A stretch of 64,000 nucleotides of DNA from Eledone cirrhosa (Eukaryota), in the NCBI GenBank assembly GCA_964016885.1, contig OZ024740.1:293074001-293138000 (forward strand), in the 5' to 3' direction. This document shows, piece after piece, positions 13,215-27,621 of this stretch. Made by a program: the position numbers and the translations under genes. Numbering within the stretch: position 1 is the first letter of the stretch; each line of letters begins with the position of its first letter. Below the pieces are notes generated by a model that saw only the letters and a program-made list of their open reading frames with translations, was not told the origin of the DNA and did no database searches.

Positions 13215-14547
13215 CTCACTGTGGGTGGTACAAGTTTATCCACCAAACAAGGAGTCGAAATACAGGCCTTTCCTTGATGAAGTCATTGCAGCGTTAGATG
13301 TATTTAAGTCTTAGTCATATATCCTGATGGGAGACTTCAATACTTATGCTGACACTGACCATCTGGCATGGAATGGAGTGATTAGAACGAATGCCGACTC
13401 CGATCTAAATACGAATGGAAAGGCCTTATTAGACTCTTTATTATGGACATCTTTTTTCAGCTCAGACACATCCATAAATATACATGGTATAAGGAATCAG
13501 GGACAGGGTTCAATAATTGATTTTGTTATTGTCTCTGATGTCTGCGATTCTGTGCTGGATGTTCGTGTTAAGAGAAGGGCTGAGCTGTCAACTGATCACC
13601 ATCTAGATGGCAGAAGGAACCCCTGCTTCACTCAAAGGGTCAAAGATTCCATTCGAGCAAAGAATTACAAACCATCCGCCAACTTTGTAATAAGAAGCCC
13701 TCCACCAAACCTGCTATCATGAACGCGCCTGGGGCTCTATTCTCAAAGTGCTCAAATGTGGCAAGGACACTGGGGAAGATGAAATCCGGCCCAACATGTT
13801 AAAAGTCTTTAATAGAGAAGGTATTCAATGGTGGACTCGTGTTGGCCGGATGGCCTGGATCTCTGGAAAGACACTCTCATGGAAGCTTGCGCTCTGCACT
13901 CTACATGTGAATGGAGTTCCACCAAAGCGGGGGAAGAAGTTCAAGTATCTCAGCGCTGTTATCACGAGTGATGGAAGGCAGAGGGCTGAATTAAGTGCAA
14001 GAATTTCAGGAGCTGGTGTAGTAATGCGCCAGCTTCAGCATTCGGTAATCAGTAGGTGTAAAAGCCAAAGCCGATATTTTCAATTCGTTATTCGTACCAA
14101 CCCTTACCTATGGTCATGAATCTTGGGCAATGACCAAAAGAATACGATCGCAAATACAAGCGGCAGAAATAAGGTTCCTCCGAAGGGACTTAGGAATAAT
14201 TTTAATCGATACAGTACCTAGCTCGAAAATCAGAGTCACTCCAGCTAGAACCGCCGCTTCTTCTCTCAATTGAGAGATTATAACTCCGATACTATGGGCA
14301 TGTGGTTAGAATGTCTCAGGAAAGAATCGCTGGACTGATTCTACGAGCAAAACCACCTGGAAAGAGACGCAGGTGTAGACCCCGAACAAAATCGTTGGAT
14401 AACGTTCATGAGCTTGGCTGGTCCCGCTTGGAGATTCAGTCGGATCAGTTGGAGACGGTTGCTTCTGACAGGACCCGCTAGAAGGAGTGTTTGAGGACAC
14501 TTCCCCAACGACCCTCTCAAGAATAAGTGGGCAAAGAAGAAGAAAGA
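13215..14547 (+). mobile_element. Internally deleted RTE-clade (Rex3/Expander-like) LINE with (GAA)n tail
   Basis: APE motifs MGDFN, SIIDFVIVS, STDHHL; RT-region GEDEIRPNMLK, FKYL, PTLTYGHESW, YGHVVRM; 3' end shared with 46532-46998. Confidence 0.8.
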
Positions 14548-16478
14548 ACATTCAAATGTAGGTCTCCCATCTCTCTCTCTCTCTCTCTCTCCCTCTCGCT
14601 CGCCTCCCCCTCTCTCTCTCTCTCAGTCCCTTTCCCTTTCTTTGGAAAATTCCGTTGTATTATACCGCAGAGGGCCAGGTTCCGCCATGTTTTAAATGAC
14701 TGCGAAACGCCATATGTAATAACAGACGGCTGAGCATTTGTCGTATCAACTGCTAGTTCCAGACTGAATAATGGCATGACTAGTTTAATACTGGTTTACT
14801 CCTGATATAAATGGACGGAGGTCAGCCGTCGAGGTCCTGAATCCTTTCATATACACATGTATATATATATATATGGGGTGGGTGGAATATTTATATATAT
14901 AGTTACATACATATATACGTACATATATGTATCCACACATAAATAAATGAATAAAAGAAAGTGTTTAATGTTACAGTTCATTTGAGCTTGACGTGTAAAG
15001 AGAGGAAAATAATTAAGAAATTACTTTTATTAGGATTTTGGGAAATCATGTCATTAACGGCGACAGTAAATAATTTAATTTCCAAGAACGGGCAATTAAA
15101 GGTGTTCATCTGGGTGTATTAATGAATGGGATTGAATATAATAATAATGTTTAACCACCAGACGATAAGGTTAACCGTTCAACAGTAATCAGATATTCAC
15201 AATACAAATATAAGTCGAAGACCAATACTTGAATTATAAATATTTATAACATGGAATAGAATACAAATATTAACTGGGAATTTGGCCGTATCAGTTACAA
15301 AATGTATGGTAACGGTTGGCTGGATAAACAGTTTTTGCCGACGCAGAGCTTTCACAGTTACCTCATGCTTTGTTTGTCATCTGAATAACATACATGATTG
15401 GGTATAAAGTAGTTAGCATAAGCAACAAAATTATGACTGTAATGGAAATTATCAAACCCTTCTATTGAACTCTTGTTTACTTCAAACATTGAGAAACGCT
15501 ATATTCTCGATATTTGCATGAATCATCGAGAACCCCGTCATCCATAGGCGTCGAAATGAATGTATATTACTGATTTTGTTTGTTTATTATTAGTAAAGAA
15601 CAGTGAAGTGGAAGATTGCGTCATGTGCTAACAGGATTTGTTAGTGCTGACAGTTAACGCCTTGTTAGGTATTAGCGTGTTAATATAAATGTGTAAATTA
15701 AAACTCTAGTCTGTCGACCTCTGACTGGAGGGTCTACCTTGATTAGACTTGAAAATCTTCCGAAATCAATTTATCAGAATAAAATGGCTTCACTTCTGAC
15801 AGGCAGACAACTACTGAGATCTTCTTCACTTACCTTGGTGGATGGTTCAGGATATGGAACATCTAAGGTAAATACTAGTTGCATTACCTTTCTTCCGATA
15901 TTTCAGATAATGAAAAATCTTTCAATTCTGTTTTCCCTTTATTCATTGTTGCACCATGGCAACATTTTGAATTCTTTTATCCGTCCATTCGAATGAGTGT
16001 AAATGTTTGTAGTATCTAATATTGAATGTTCCTGTGTGTATTCTGGTACAACTTCTCTCGAGAACATATGCCGCTAATATGCTTGATCTGGCTAAAAAAA
16101 TACAGGTCAACCAAGCGGGCCATGTATAGCGTTTTTACAGTTGCAAATTAGACGTTAGGAAGGAGATCGATTTGATCTTGGCCTTAGATTGGAATTTGTA
16201 AACTGAGAAATGCTAATTTCCAGAAAATACCTCACTTTCATGGTATTTTTGTATGGTTGAGAAATTAACACTGAATAAGGAAATGAATTGCTTGATTTAT
16301 TGCGATGACATTGATATTATAGGGGGAGTGGAAGCAACGTATATTTCCCTACATGGCTATGATGTTTCATGTGTAAGTGTGTGTTTTTTGGGGGAAAACA
16401 TATCTTGTATGCTATATTCTCAATCTACTACTATTTGCTAATGTTTCATTATAATAGGTGTGACACGACAGAACATAT

Positions 16479-16595
<117 letters not shown>

Positions 16596-16596
16596 T

Positions 16597-16770
16597 GAAA
16601 TAAGCTGGTCGAAATTATCGAATGCCAAGGCTTACACGAACAGGTTGTCCCAATGCGGATTATGTAATATGGAATTACTCCATATTTTACAATGAAGTAA
16701 GAAGCTACTAAACAGCAAGATTGAATGAATAATCTACTGTAGGCACAAAACCGCCAGCAAGTTCTCAAAT
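16597..16770 (+). mobile_element. Naiad-type PLE, C-terminal endonuclease fragment
   Basis: EISWSKLSNAKAY..CGLCNME..LLNSKIE*IIYCRHK aligns by eye with the C-terminus of the 59186-60784 ORF. Confidence 0.65.
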
Positions 16771-19689
16771 TATAAACCAAAATAAGCAGGATTCGATCCA
16801 GTAACGTTACTATCTGTATAAACAATATAATTCCCCAGACTTATAACGTCTGCAAAATTGGCGCCACCGAACCACTCTAATATCCCCTATCACCTTAAAG
16901 GACATCGCACTTGTAAATCACCTTACGAACACGGACACTCTATCACCAACAACAATAATAAACAAACAAGTAACCCAAGGACTTCAAAGGTTATGCGATT
17001 AACCAATAGAATGCAAAAAATAAACTCCTAACCAATCGGACGCAAGAGAAGCTCTCATTCTAAAAAGACTCCCTCAATGATTAAATATTTTTCTTTATAG
17101 ACACACCTTTTCAACTCCCTTTCCCTCACATATGATATAAATTGCCACCATTGTCATCCTCAATCTACACCCCTTAAGCATGTGTCTCCCTGATCTTATC
17201 TCTCATATCTTTCAATTCACGTGTACGTCTATTATGTTATATTGTCCGAAACTTTATTACACTTTCATCCTAACGCCTATATACCTATATCTATATATTT
17301 GTTTTATGTTATTTTGTATCGTCACTCTATAGTTTTTACTTGTTTATTTCCTTATTTTATTTTCAATTCTTGCTTTTCATCGCACTATTGTTCATGTTAT
17401 TTTTTCATGAGGTTAACTTTGCCTTTCATCCTTACGGCGTCGATAAAGTAAAGTACCAGTAATGCACTGGGTTATTGCTGGCCTTGTGCCAAAAGTAGAA
17501 ACAATTATTTTATTATCCCTCATCCCGCTATACTTTTCTTCTTGTTATTGTTCATGTTATGTTTCATGTCATTACCTGTACACCCCGGTATAAATGCGTT
17601 GTACCAACAGTACCAAACTAGTATTTTGACAATTTGGCTGGTGGTAACTGTATTTAAAATCGATTGTCAATGTAACACTATATAGCGATTTTTAGACACA
17701 CCGACCATTGAAACATTTGTTAATACTTCGAATAAACCCTACTGTATAGCCGATCCATGTTATTCTTCATTCCTTTATTATATATATATTCTCGATCTGT
17801 TAGAAATAGCAGCTCAATCATTCTCAAATAAAAACTATCATCAGTTCATTTTGGAGCATGAGCTTCTTCTGGGTGCAGAAGAAATATAAAAAAGACAGAA
17901 TGGTCACGGATGGGGAACCTCTGAGTCTTAGGTTTGTTTAATGATAGCTGAATTGAGTCGTAACAAATATTTATAGTCAGTTAAAAGTTGTCACTGTTTT
18001 CAGATTTTTTATGATTTCAATATATTTGCTTTGTACGAGTCTCAATAAAAATGTTTACGACTACATTTCTTGTAAAAAATACTTTAATAGACGACTGAAA
18101 AACGTCAAACAATTTATCATAACCTATCAAATGTTTTGGTTTTTTTTTTGTCTAGAGACCCATTTTGAATTTTGGGGAGATAAAGAATATCCAAATACAT
18201 AATTAGGCGAATACAGAAAGGTTTGGTATCACAACAATATTTTAATTTGCCAAATATTTATGAGCTCATGCAACTGTGTTAAGTGGTGTTATCAAGCTGG
18301 TAAAATCAGGAACTAATTACACATAACTTGAAATGGCTTCATTTGTCTATCCTTTTCCAATGTGCTGCGGGATTAGGTAAATATCTTTACTATGCTTCGG
18401 TGAGGAAGACTAGTATCTAGAGATGTCGCCATTACTACCGAAGATCATATATCCTTTGCATATCACCATTTTGGTTAACATTTTGGAATCTCTCTCTCTC
18501 GACATTATTTGCGAGTAATTTCTATTAAAGCTAATACATATCTTACCATTATGGTTACAGCTTCATTATGTTAATTAGCCTAAACCTAACTGAATCTTTT
18601 CCATACATAGGCTACACTTTAGAATTTTCCCTTGTCACGTTTTGTAATAAACTCGGTTACCTAAGGTAATTTGTTGGCCCGTGTGTTGTTGGTAGAGGTG
18701 TTAAAATAGCAACCAATTCTTCTTAAAATTACACCGTTCCGTCCTAAAAAGATTAGCACAGTATTGGAAGTAATCCTGAAAGCAAGATATGGTAGTCACG
18801 GCGGGATCATCTTTGATCATAAGCCTGCTGAACTGAGCTGACCTATAGCTAACAACAAAAATAATAACCTGATTAATAATCTCAACACGCGATAAAAGTA
18901 CCGGATACGTCAAACATACAAAACTCTTATCTTTCTAATTGATTGAAGCTGTCTAGTGTTTCTAGCAGATCGAGCGACCATGGAGAGGGTTCCTTATTAT
19001 CTATGATAACATTTTGTATCAGGGTCACAATCATATATATCAACAAATTATTACCTATAATGAGGCAGCTGAGGAAATTAAAATCGATTTCTAGCTTTCT
19101 CTTTCGATCCGTACACATTTGTCTATTGTGGAATTGTTTATAGAATTTCTTTGAGAAGCTTCGATTACTTTCGATGTTTATTCCTCTTTATCGTGTCACG
19201 TCAGCAGACGATGTCATAAATCAACTTTAATGGGAACCATCTTTTATACTAATAATCTGCCAATTGAGAAACAGTTTAGCCGTAACACCACCCGCTCTAA
19301 GCCTAGAACCTGTCACTATATCACCTTCCTCCTCTTTCTTCCATGGATTAATAATCCTTGCTTTTCCCTCCTTTTCTTCTAATTTATAGCATTTAGAGTC
19401 CTGTCTCCTACTTTCCTATACAGCCAGATCTGCCCTTATTTAACACTTCCCCTCTTTTTCATTACTTAATTTTGTTTTTATAATGTTTTTTCCATATTTC
19501 TATCCGAATTTTATTTGAACGAACATCCTCCACCTCCAACTAACTTCCCTTCCACCTGTGGGTCCCGGCCAACTGTCTCCAAAGTAATGAATAACATGTA
19601 ACAATTTATTTGTGCTTACTACCAGAATAACTCGGCTACAGTATCAAATGCTGTCTAGGGACTTCTAATTTGATCACGCAAACATACGT

Positions 19690-19762
19690 TTGATGTTATG
19701 CGTGTCTTTTCTCAGACACCCCATCGAGTGTTTGTCAAAGGCTGGTAACATGCAGAACACAC

Positions 19763-19799
<37 letters not shown>

Positions 19800-20190
19800 G
19801 ACGCTCACACACACTCTCACACACACAACACACACACATTTCACAGTCACGTTTTGCGTGTCTTTTCTCAGACACCCCATCGAGTGTTTGTCCAATTCTG
19901 GTAACACGCACAACACACACACACACACACACACACATACACACACACTCACACACACTCATACACACGCACACACACACACACACTCTCACTGACACAC
20001 ACACACTCACACACATACACACATACACGCACGCACACACACTCACACACACGCACACACACGTGCACACACATACACACACACACACTAACACACCCAC
20101 ACACACACCCCCCACACACACACACACTAACCCCCCCCACACACACACACACACAACACACAGTCACGTTATGCTTGTCTTTTCTTAGAT
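19690..20190. repeat. Compound repeat: ~60-bp unit (2 full copies, 1 partial) spaced by (CA)n
   Basis: TGCGTGTCTTTTCTCAGACACCCCATCGAGTGTTTGTC at ~19699 and ~19855, partial at ~20165. Confidence 0.8.
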
Positions 20191-20623
20191 CATTCCAATA
20201 ATATTGCAAACGCATACGTGTTACTAGTATAATTACTAGTTCAGATTTTACTGATCTATATTTGCTTCAGATACTCACACAAAGTTACCAAGGTTATCCA
20301 ACAGCATTTCACATACAATGACATATGTAATTTTTAAAAATAGATTGCAACTTGACAGGAAACACTGACAAGAACATATTATATACTTCTTAATTTCATG
20401 TCACTACTACTGCTAACATGCTTATATCAATAAATCCATCCAATGTGATCGTTTCTACCTCTTTATATGAAGTCTATATTAAATTTTGATTATGCTAAAC
20501 ATTTCTGCGTATTTTGATTGAAATACTCATTACAAACCACCACCAGCCCCTAATCCCTTCATACCCTACTGCTTCACAGATTCCCTACATTTTATTGCCT
20601 TCCTCCTCCTTTTCCTTGCCACC

Positions 20624-20672
<49 letters not shown>

Positions 20673-21296
20673 ATATATCCTTCTAGTTATCCTTCTAGTT
20701 ATCTCATTTCTCTGTTCTATTGCGTTTGTTTCCTACAAATTGTTTCGTTTCATATATATTTTATATGTTACACTTGATTTCACATTACGTCACATATACA
20801 GAATATGATAAAAAAGTTAAACTATAAAATAAAATAAAAAGCACGCGTTATTTCCGGATTACAGTCATGATATTCTATAGAGAAACAAATAAAAAAAGAT
20901 GTTTTTTTTACCGTTTGATTGTGACTATCAGTATTGTATAATATAGCGGATGTAACAGCATATGGGTTTTAAAAATATAACAAGAAGAGTTGATACATTA
21001 TCGATTTATTTTATAAAATTCTAATTAAAATTTACTTTTCAAGATATTGAGTAAAATATATTTCATAAAATATTGTGTCGAAATAATTGATAGCTGGTAA
21101 TACATTATGTCATTGAACATAGCGCATGCCCAATGAATGCAACGACCTTTAGATCAAGACATTTCACCTTTAATCAGCAAGATAACTGACAATAATAGGA
21201 TATTTATACTGTTGAAACAAAAGGATATATAAAGCTCTATTACTATTAAATTTGTTCATTGTGCAGAATAATTTACATTCAAAATTTGGTTGTACG

Positions 21297-21331
<35 letters not shown>

Positions 21332-21400
21332 TATGAAGAGAGAAGAAACATTTAGATATAATTAGTAATAAAATGTATCATACCTAAACTGTTCCTAAAT

Positions 21401-21488
21401 TCCTCGACTACGTAGTTTCGTGGCATAAACAAAAACAATATATCAAAGATATAGAGTCCCTGCGAGGTCTGCCGACTTATCAAGAGGA
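21401..21488 (-). ncRNA. Type I hammerhead ribozyme (U3-A8 core) in a short insert within (TA)n
   Basis: rc: tcctc-TTGATAA-gtcggca...tgccac-GAAA-ctacgtag-TC-gagga; perfect stem I and palindromic stem III. Confidence 0.8.
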
Positions 21489-21525
21489 TACCTCATTTTA
21501 CTAGTCTCAAGAACGCGTCTACACG

Positions 21526-21558
<33 letters not shown>

Positions 21559-21562
<4 letters not shown>

Positions 21563-21897
21563 AAATGAAAATCCGAAGGCAAGGTAAAATTCCAATCATT
21601 TAATCACGACACATGTTTCAATAAGAGATAGATCGATTGTGAAGCCATGATCGATTATCACTGATCTCATCAGGTGAAAATGAATTGTCTTCAAATTCTT
21701 GATATGAGGGAGAAAAATAACGATGTTCTCTCACAGAATTCATTCCCTCATATCAAGAATTTGAAGACAATTCATTTTCACCTGATGAGATCAGTGATAA
21801 TCGATCATAGCTTCACAATCGATCTATCTCTTATTGAAACATGTGTCGTGATTATATGATTGGAATTTTACCTTGCCTTCGGATTTTCATTTTGATA
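21559..21897. mobile_element. Fold-back PLE-derived element (arms 21559-21711 and 21744-21897)
   Basis: ~153-bp near-perfect inverted repeat starting at a (TA)n tract. Confidence 0.8.
21778..21851 (+). ncRNA. Type I hammerhead ribozyme, canonical core (mirror copy on the minus strand in the left arm)
   Basis: tcac-CTGATGA-[stem II ..gataatcgat..atcgatctatc..]-GAAAC-atgt-GTC-gtga. Confidence 0.8.
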
Positions 21898-22034
21898 CTT
21901 ATACTCCGTTTTACATCATCTAGCTGTTCCCTTGAATGGAATTGGAGATATTCTAAAGCGTGGAGAACTTAATATTGCTAACATAAAGTTATTGGACCAT
22001 TTTACACAACCAATAATGCACCTTACTATATAAC

Positions 22035-22179
<145 letters not shown>

Positions 22180-23313
22180 TTTGCCTCAAATAAAACCCTA
22201 TTATCTTAAAGATAGAAAAGACACGCTGACAACGTAGTTATACATATTTTAAAGATGTTCGCAACCGTACCACCTTTGGTCATAACTATGCTTGATCATG
22301 GCTTATCTGAGTTTATGCAGCAACAGACAACATATGAAAAGAAAAAAACGCCTGGATTTATTACAATGTTTTAACTATCATTATAGATTTTTGACGCATA
22401 GAGTTACGGCCCTTTCCATCCTGAGTTCAAATCCCGCCGAGGTCAACTTTGCCTTTCATCCTTACGGGGTCGATAAAATAAAGTACCAGTAATCTACTGG
22501 GTTATTGCTGTCCTTGTGCCAAAAGTAGAAACAATTATAGATTTATATCAATCACATTATGAGTGAATGGATATTGTCGATTAAATTGTTTTGTCATCCC
22601 CGAAAAGTTGAAAATCGATGTTGAGGAAATTTAAACTTATTATAAATATAAGCTAGGCGGTGAATAGGCAGAAATTTTAGAGCGTCGGATAGAATAATGC
22701 TTAGTTGTATTCGGTTCACCTATCTGCTCTCTGAGTTCTAATCGCACTGAGGTCAATGTTGCTTTTCTTCTAATCAAGGTCGATTAAAAAAGTACCAGTC
22801 GAATACTGGAGTCAATTCTTCCTCTATATCTCTTTCTCACTTACATTCTCTCATACTTTATCCTTCCTGGAAGAAATCTGTTGTATGCAGACTGGAGAAG
22901 ATTGGGCTCCACCTGATTTAAAAGATGCTCTAGAAACGCTGTATGTTAAAACGACGCCCCTACGAATCCCTCAGGAATTAAGGGACTATGCATGCATGTA
23001 TAAGTATAAGCTACTGGTGGTTTCTCTCAGTTTTGATCATTTCTTGTAGCTTTTCCCGAAAAAATAAACCGAGTCAAGATCAACTAACAGTTAGATATGA
23101 TGAGACATATATCATAATTTCTATGATGAAGAAACTTCAATGTGGCATACGGTTTCGACTTAACTTGTTCATCCATCTTCTGCAAACTTACTATGTATCT
23201 AAAATGTAACATATCACACAAGAAGAAACGACGCAGTCCAGCGATATGTTCAAAATAGCAGTCAAATCTCACTCAAATTGCATCCAACCTTCTTTAAGAT
23301 ATATATACATATA

Positions 23314-23433
<120 letters not shown>

Positions 23434-23558
23434 TAGGACTAGAACTGTTTCCTGATGATTTATTTTGAATGAAACAGTTCCTCCTGTAGAAGAGCCATTT
23501 CTATATCAAACTTGAATGTTTACACTCTACTAACTGTGGTTACCCCCGATTGAACCAG
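23434..23558 (+). mobile_element. PLE pLTR-like fragment with an HHR core
   Basis: CTGATGA-tttattttgaat-GAAAC preceded by a short inverted copy; same family as 42510-42707. Confidence 0.55.
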
Positions 23559-23561
23559 TGA

Positions 23562-23760
<199 letters not shown>

Positions 23761-23901
23761 TATATATATATACAATATAGATACCAATTTGTTTAATGTA
23801 TTTAATTGCTAACGATCATTAGCAATTACATGCATTAAACAAAATTTGATTATCTATATTGTATTTCTGCTCTGTAGTATATCTGATATTTTATATTGAG
23901 C

Positions 23902-24040
<139 letters not shown>

Positions 24041-24086
24041 CGTAAAATAAGAAAATTATAAAATTAACTTACTTACTAAAATATCA

Positions 24087-24166
24087 CTTCCAACTAATTA
24101 GTTTCTGGAATGAAATAAATATATTTTCCGAAGAAAACATAGAGAATCATTCCGTCGTCAGGGAAG
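24087..24166 (-). ncRNA. Type I hammerhead ribozyme
   Basis: Reverse complement of the 25356-25435 motif with an intact CTGACGA core. Confidence 0.75.
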
Positions 24167-25355
24167 ACTATTCTCATCTAAGTATCCAGGCAAAGCGTGG
24201 ACTCTGGAAACTTATTAAAAAATAATTCAGTGGATAGAAAATAGCAAAGCGTGGACTGAATTCCTAGCCATTAAGAAAATCACTGCCTCTGCGTCGGTGG
24301 CAAATTCAAAAAGAATCAATCACGTGACATCGAGGTCAATCAGTGGAAAGTGGTTTGCTAATAAGACAGCGGCCTGCCTGCTACCATAGCAGCAGTCATG
24401 GCTAATATTGCTCGACAAATAATTTGGAGATAATTATAAAGAATTAATATCTAGTAACATATATATACATACAGATGCATATAAATGCTAGCAAATATAT
24501 AGGTTTTGTCTTAGTAACTTTGTGCTTCAATGCATGGGGTTGCAGAACAATAATATGAGAGACGTAAAATAAGAAAATTATAAAATTAACTTACTTACTA
24601 AAATATCACTTCCAACTAATTAGTTTCTGGAATGGAATAAATATATTTTCCGAAGAAAACATAGAGAATCATTCCGGCCTCAGGGAAGACTATTCTCATC
24701 TAAGTATCCAGGCAAAGCGTGGACTCTGGAAACTTATTAAAAAATAATTCAGTGGATAGAAAATAGCAAAGCGTGGACTAAATTCCTAGCCATTGAGAAA
24801 ATCACTGCCTCTGCGTCGGTGGCAAATTCAAAAAGAATCAATCACGTGACATCGAGGTCAATCAGTGGAAAGTGGTTTGCTAATAAGACAGCGGCCTGCC
24901 TGCTACCATAGCAGCAGTCATGGCTAATATTGCTCGACAAATAATTTGGAGATAATTATAAAGAATTAATATCTAGTAACATATATATACATACAGATGC
25001 ATATCAATGCTAGCAAATATATAGGTTTTGCTAGCATTGATATGCATCTGTATGTATATATATGTTACTAGATATTAATTCTTTATAATTATCTCCAAAT
25101 TATTTGTCGAGCAATATTAGCCATGACTGCTGCTATGGTAGCAGGCAGGCCGCTGTCTTATTAGCAAACCACTTTCCACTGATTGACCTCGATGTCACGT
25201 GATTGATTCTTTTTGAATTTGCCACCGACGCAGAGGCAGTGATTTTCTTAATGGCTAGGAATTCAGTCCACGCTTTGCTATTTTCTATCCACTGAATTAT
25301 TTTTTAATAAGTTTCCAGAGTCCACGCTTTGCCTGGATACTTAGATGAGAATAGT

Positions 25356-25435
25356 CTTCCCTGACGACGGAATGATTCTCTATGTTTTCTTCGGAAAATA
25401 TATTTATTCCATTCCAGAAACTAATTAGTTGGAAG
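25356..25435 (+). ncRNA. Type I hammerhead ribozyme
   Basis: cttcc-CTGACGA-cggaatg...cattcca-GAAA-ctaattag-TT-ggaag; palindromic stem III. Confidence 0.75.
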
Positions 25436-25605
25436 TGATATTTTAGTAAATAAGTTAATTTTATAATTTTCTTATTTTACGTCTCTCATATTATTGTTCT
25501 GCAACCCCATGCATTGAAGCACAAAGTTACTAAGACAAAACCTATATATTTGCTAGCATTTATATGCATCTGTATGTATATATATGTTACTAGATATTAA
25601 GTCTT

Positions 25606-25701
<96 letters not shown>

Positions 25702-25704
<3 letters not shown>

Positions 25705-26435
25705 TTCGTTTCTGAATTTGTTTAGCAAGATTCTTTATCTGAAAACGTGTGTTGAAACCGATATTGTTATACTTTCGGAGGGCCATGTTGCCAATAAGAA
25801 ACACACGCACCAGTTGCTTTCACTTCAATTCATTATAATAAATTTATAAATTTAGGAATTTATAAATTTCCGGTTGGTTGGTTGGTTCCACAACCAGATG
25901 GTTCTTTATATATTGTCAAAGTTCTTTCGTCACACATTCTGTGACCTCTTCAGTGACTGGGGGTTCTTTTCTTTGTTTTGTGTGCCTCTCCTTTGTTCTG
26001 ACCTACGCCATCTTGTTTTTGTGTGTGTGTTGTGTGTGTGTTTACGCATGTGTTACATCCGGGTGTCTTTGTGTGTTTATATTCGTTTATATATTTGTTT
26101 ATTTACATGTTACTGGTTGGTTGTTTGTTCTATGTGCGTGTGTGTTTTCATTTTGTCCTTAATTGTAAGTTGTGATGTTGCTGTTCCACTCATGTTTTCT
26201 ATTTAATTTTGGTTGTAATTCTTTTATGCCTCTGTGATTTGTCTAAACATTGCGTCTTTTCTGTGTGTAGATTCTATTTTTATTTCTGTTCTCTAATTTA
26301 CCCTTACGTTCTATTTTAGCATGTTGGTAGAGTACAGATGATTCTGTACTATCTTGAAGGTCTCGCCAGTGTTCATTTATCCGTTCCCCTATACTACGAG
26401 CTGCCTCACCTATGTACACTATATTTTTATCTCTA
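25702..26435 (-). mobile_element. 5'-truncated PLE (GIY-YIG end, 3' UTR, terminus), related to the 54130-57930 element
   Basis: VYIGEAARSIGERINEHW..SVLYQHA; terminus CGTGTGTTGAAACCGATATTGTTATAC..GGAGGG; HHR-like core CTGAAGA-ggtcac..gtgac-GAAA at 25925-25953 (-). Confidence 0.8.
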
Positions 26436-27621
26436 ATAGTAGCCCTCAAATTACAACAAGAAAGATAATGTAGACTGAAAAAATACGATAACGTCACGGC
26501 TGGAACGCTTTGGTCAAAGGTATTTTCGATCAAAGTTGACCTAGATTTAAACAAGGATACCAATTAAACCAATGGTGTGTCAGAGACTGGGCTGGATTAG
26601 ATATTAGGTAAAATAAGAAAGGATTTCAGGCATCCCTTTCTTCGAATTAAAGGTATTTGTCATTCAAAAAATACTTTTAGCAAACTTTATATTCATGTGA
26701 CGGAGGAGGACACTAAAATGTTTTAAGTATTTAGGGTCTAGAAAGGACTTAATCTGACCCTTGTCAGAAATCATTAAACATTAGATAAAAAAAACCATGT
26801 TATACATTTATGTCCCTCTACGGGATTGGCATGAACTTTTTATGAATATAATTGTTTCTACTTTAGGCACATTAACAACAATTACCCCCAGTGTATTACT
26901 GGTGCTTTAATTTATCAACCTTTTATCAATTGTTAACAATATAATGTAGCAACACTATGTTTGCCGATTGCATCAACCATGTATCGCCCAAATAACTTTG
27001 ACGTTGTAATAAATCATTATTTACGATAATTATCTTCACATCGTTACTAAACTCATCGTTACTAAACTACAAATATTGCGCCATCGGTTTATTTATTTCG
27101 GTTTTAGCTAAGTCGAAAACTTCATCTGTAGTAATTTACCTCTGTTCAGAAACAGCATATTACTTTTGTTTTCAAAATCTGTTTTGCAATAAAAACATGG
27201 TTTTATCATTTCTTGGAAGATTGCTTATTTTTATTCTACACTGCATTTCAGAAAAATCGCTCATAACACACATAATCCTTTCGGTCGAAAATTCTTCAGT
27301 GCTTATCTCACCTCGTGTAAATGGCTTCTTTACATCTTCTTCCATAGTTGAATCCTATTTTTATAGGTGACATATGTAGTATTATATTCTAAAGTCTCAC
27401 ACATTATATGACACGTAATTTGGCGGATATAACTTTGCCACTGAGGGTAACAAAAATAAAAATTAATAAATGAATTCACTACGTCCGTAATTTACTAAAA
27501 CATTCATTATATTTTTCACGTTCAAACACTGCAAATAAAGTATTAAAGAAAGCAGTAACTTAGAAAAAAATAATTTGAGAAAAAAAAGGTTTTCATTGTA
27601 TGTATATATATATATATATAT

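Noticed and set aside
18033-18320. Possible mariner-type remnant
   Set aside because: Only a vague TIR-like start; no partner TIR or transposase motif
19690-20190. CRISPR-like repeat-spacer pattern
   Set aside because: Eukaryotic context, spacers are microsatellite of unequal length, and there are no cas genes
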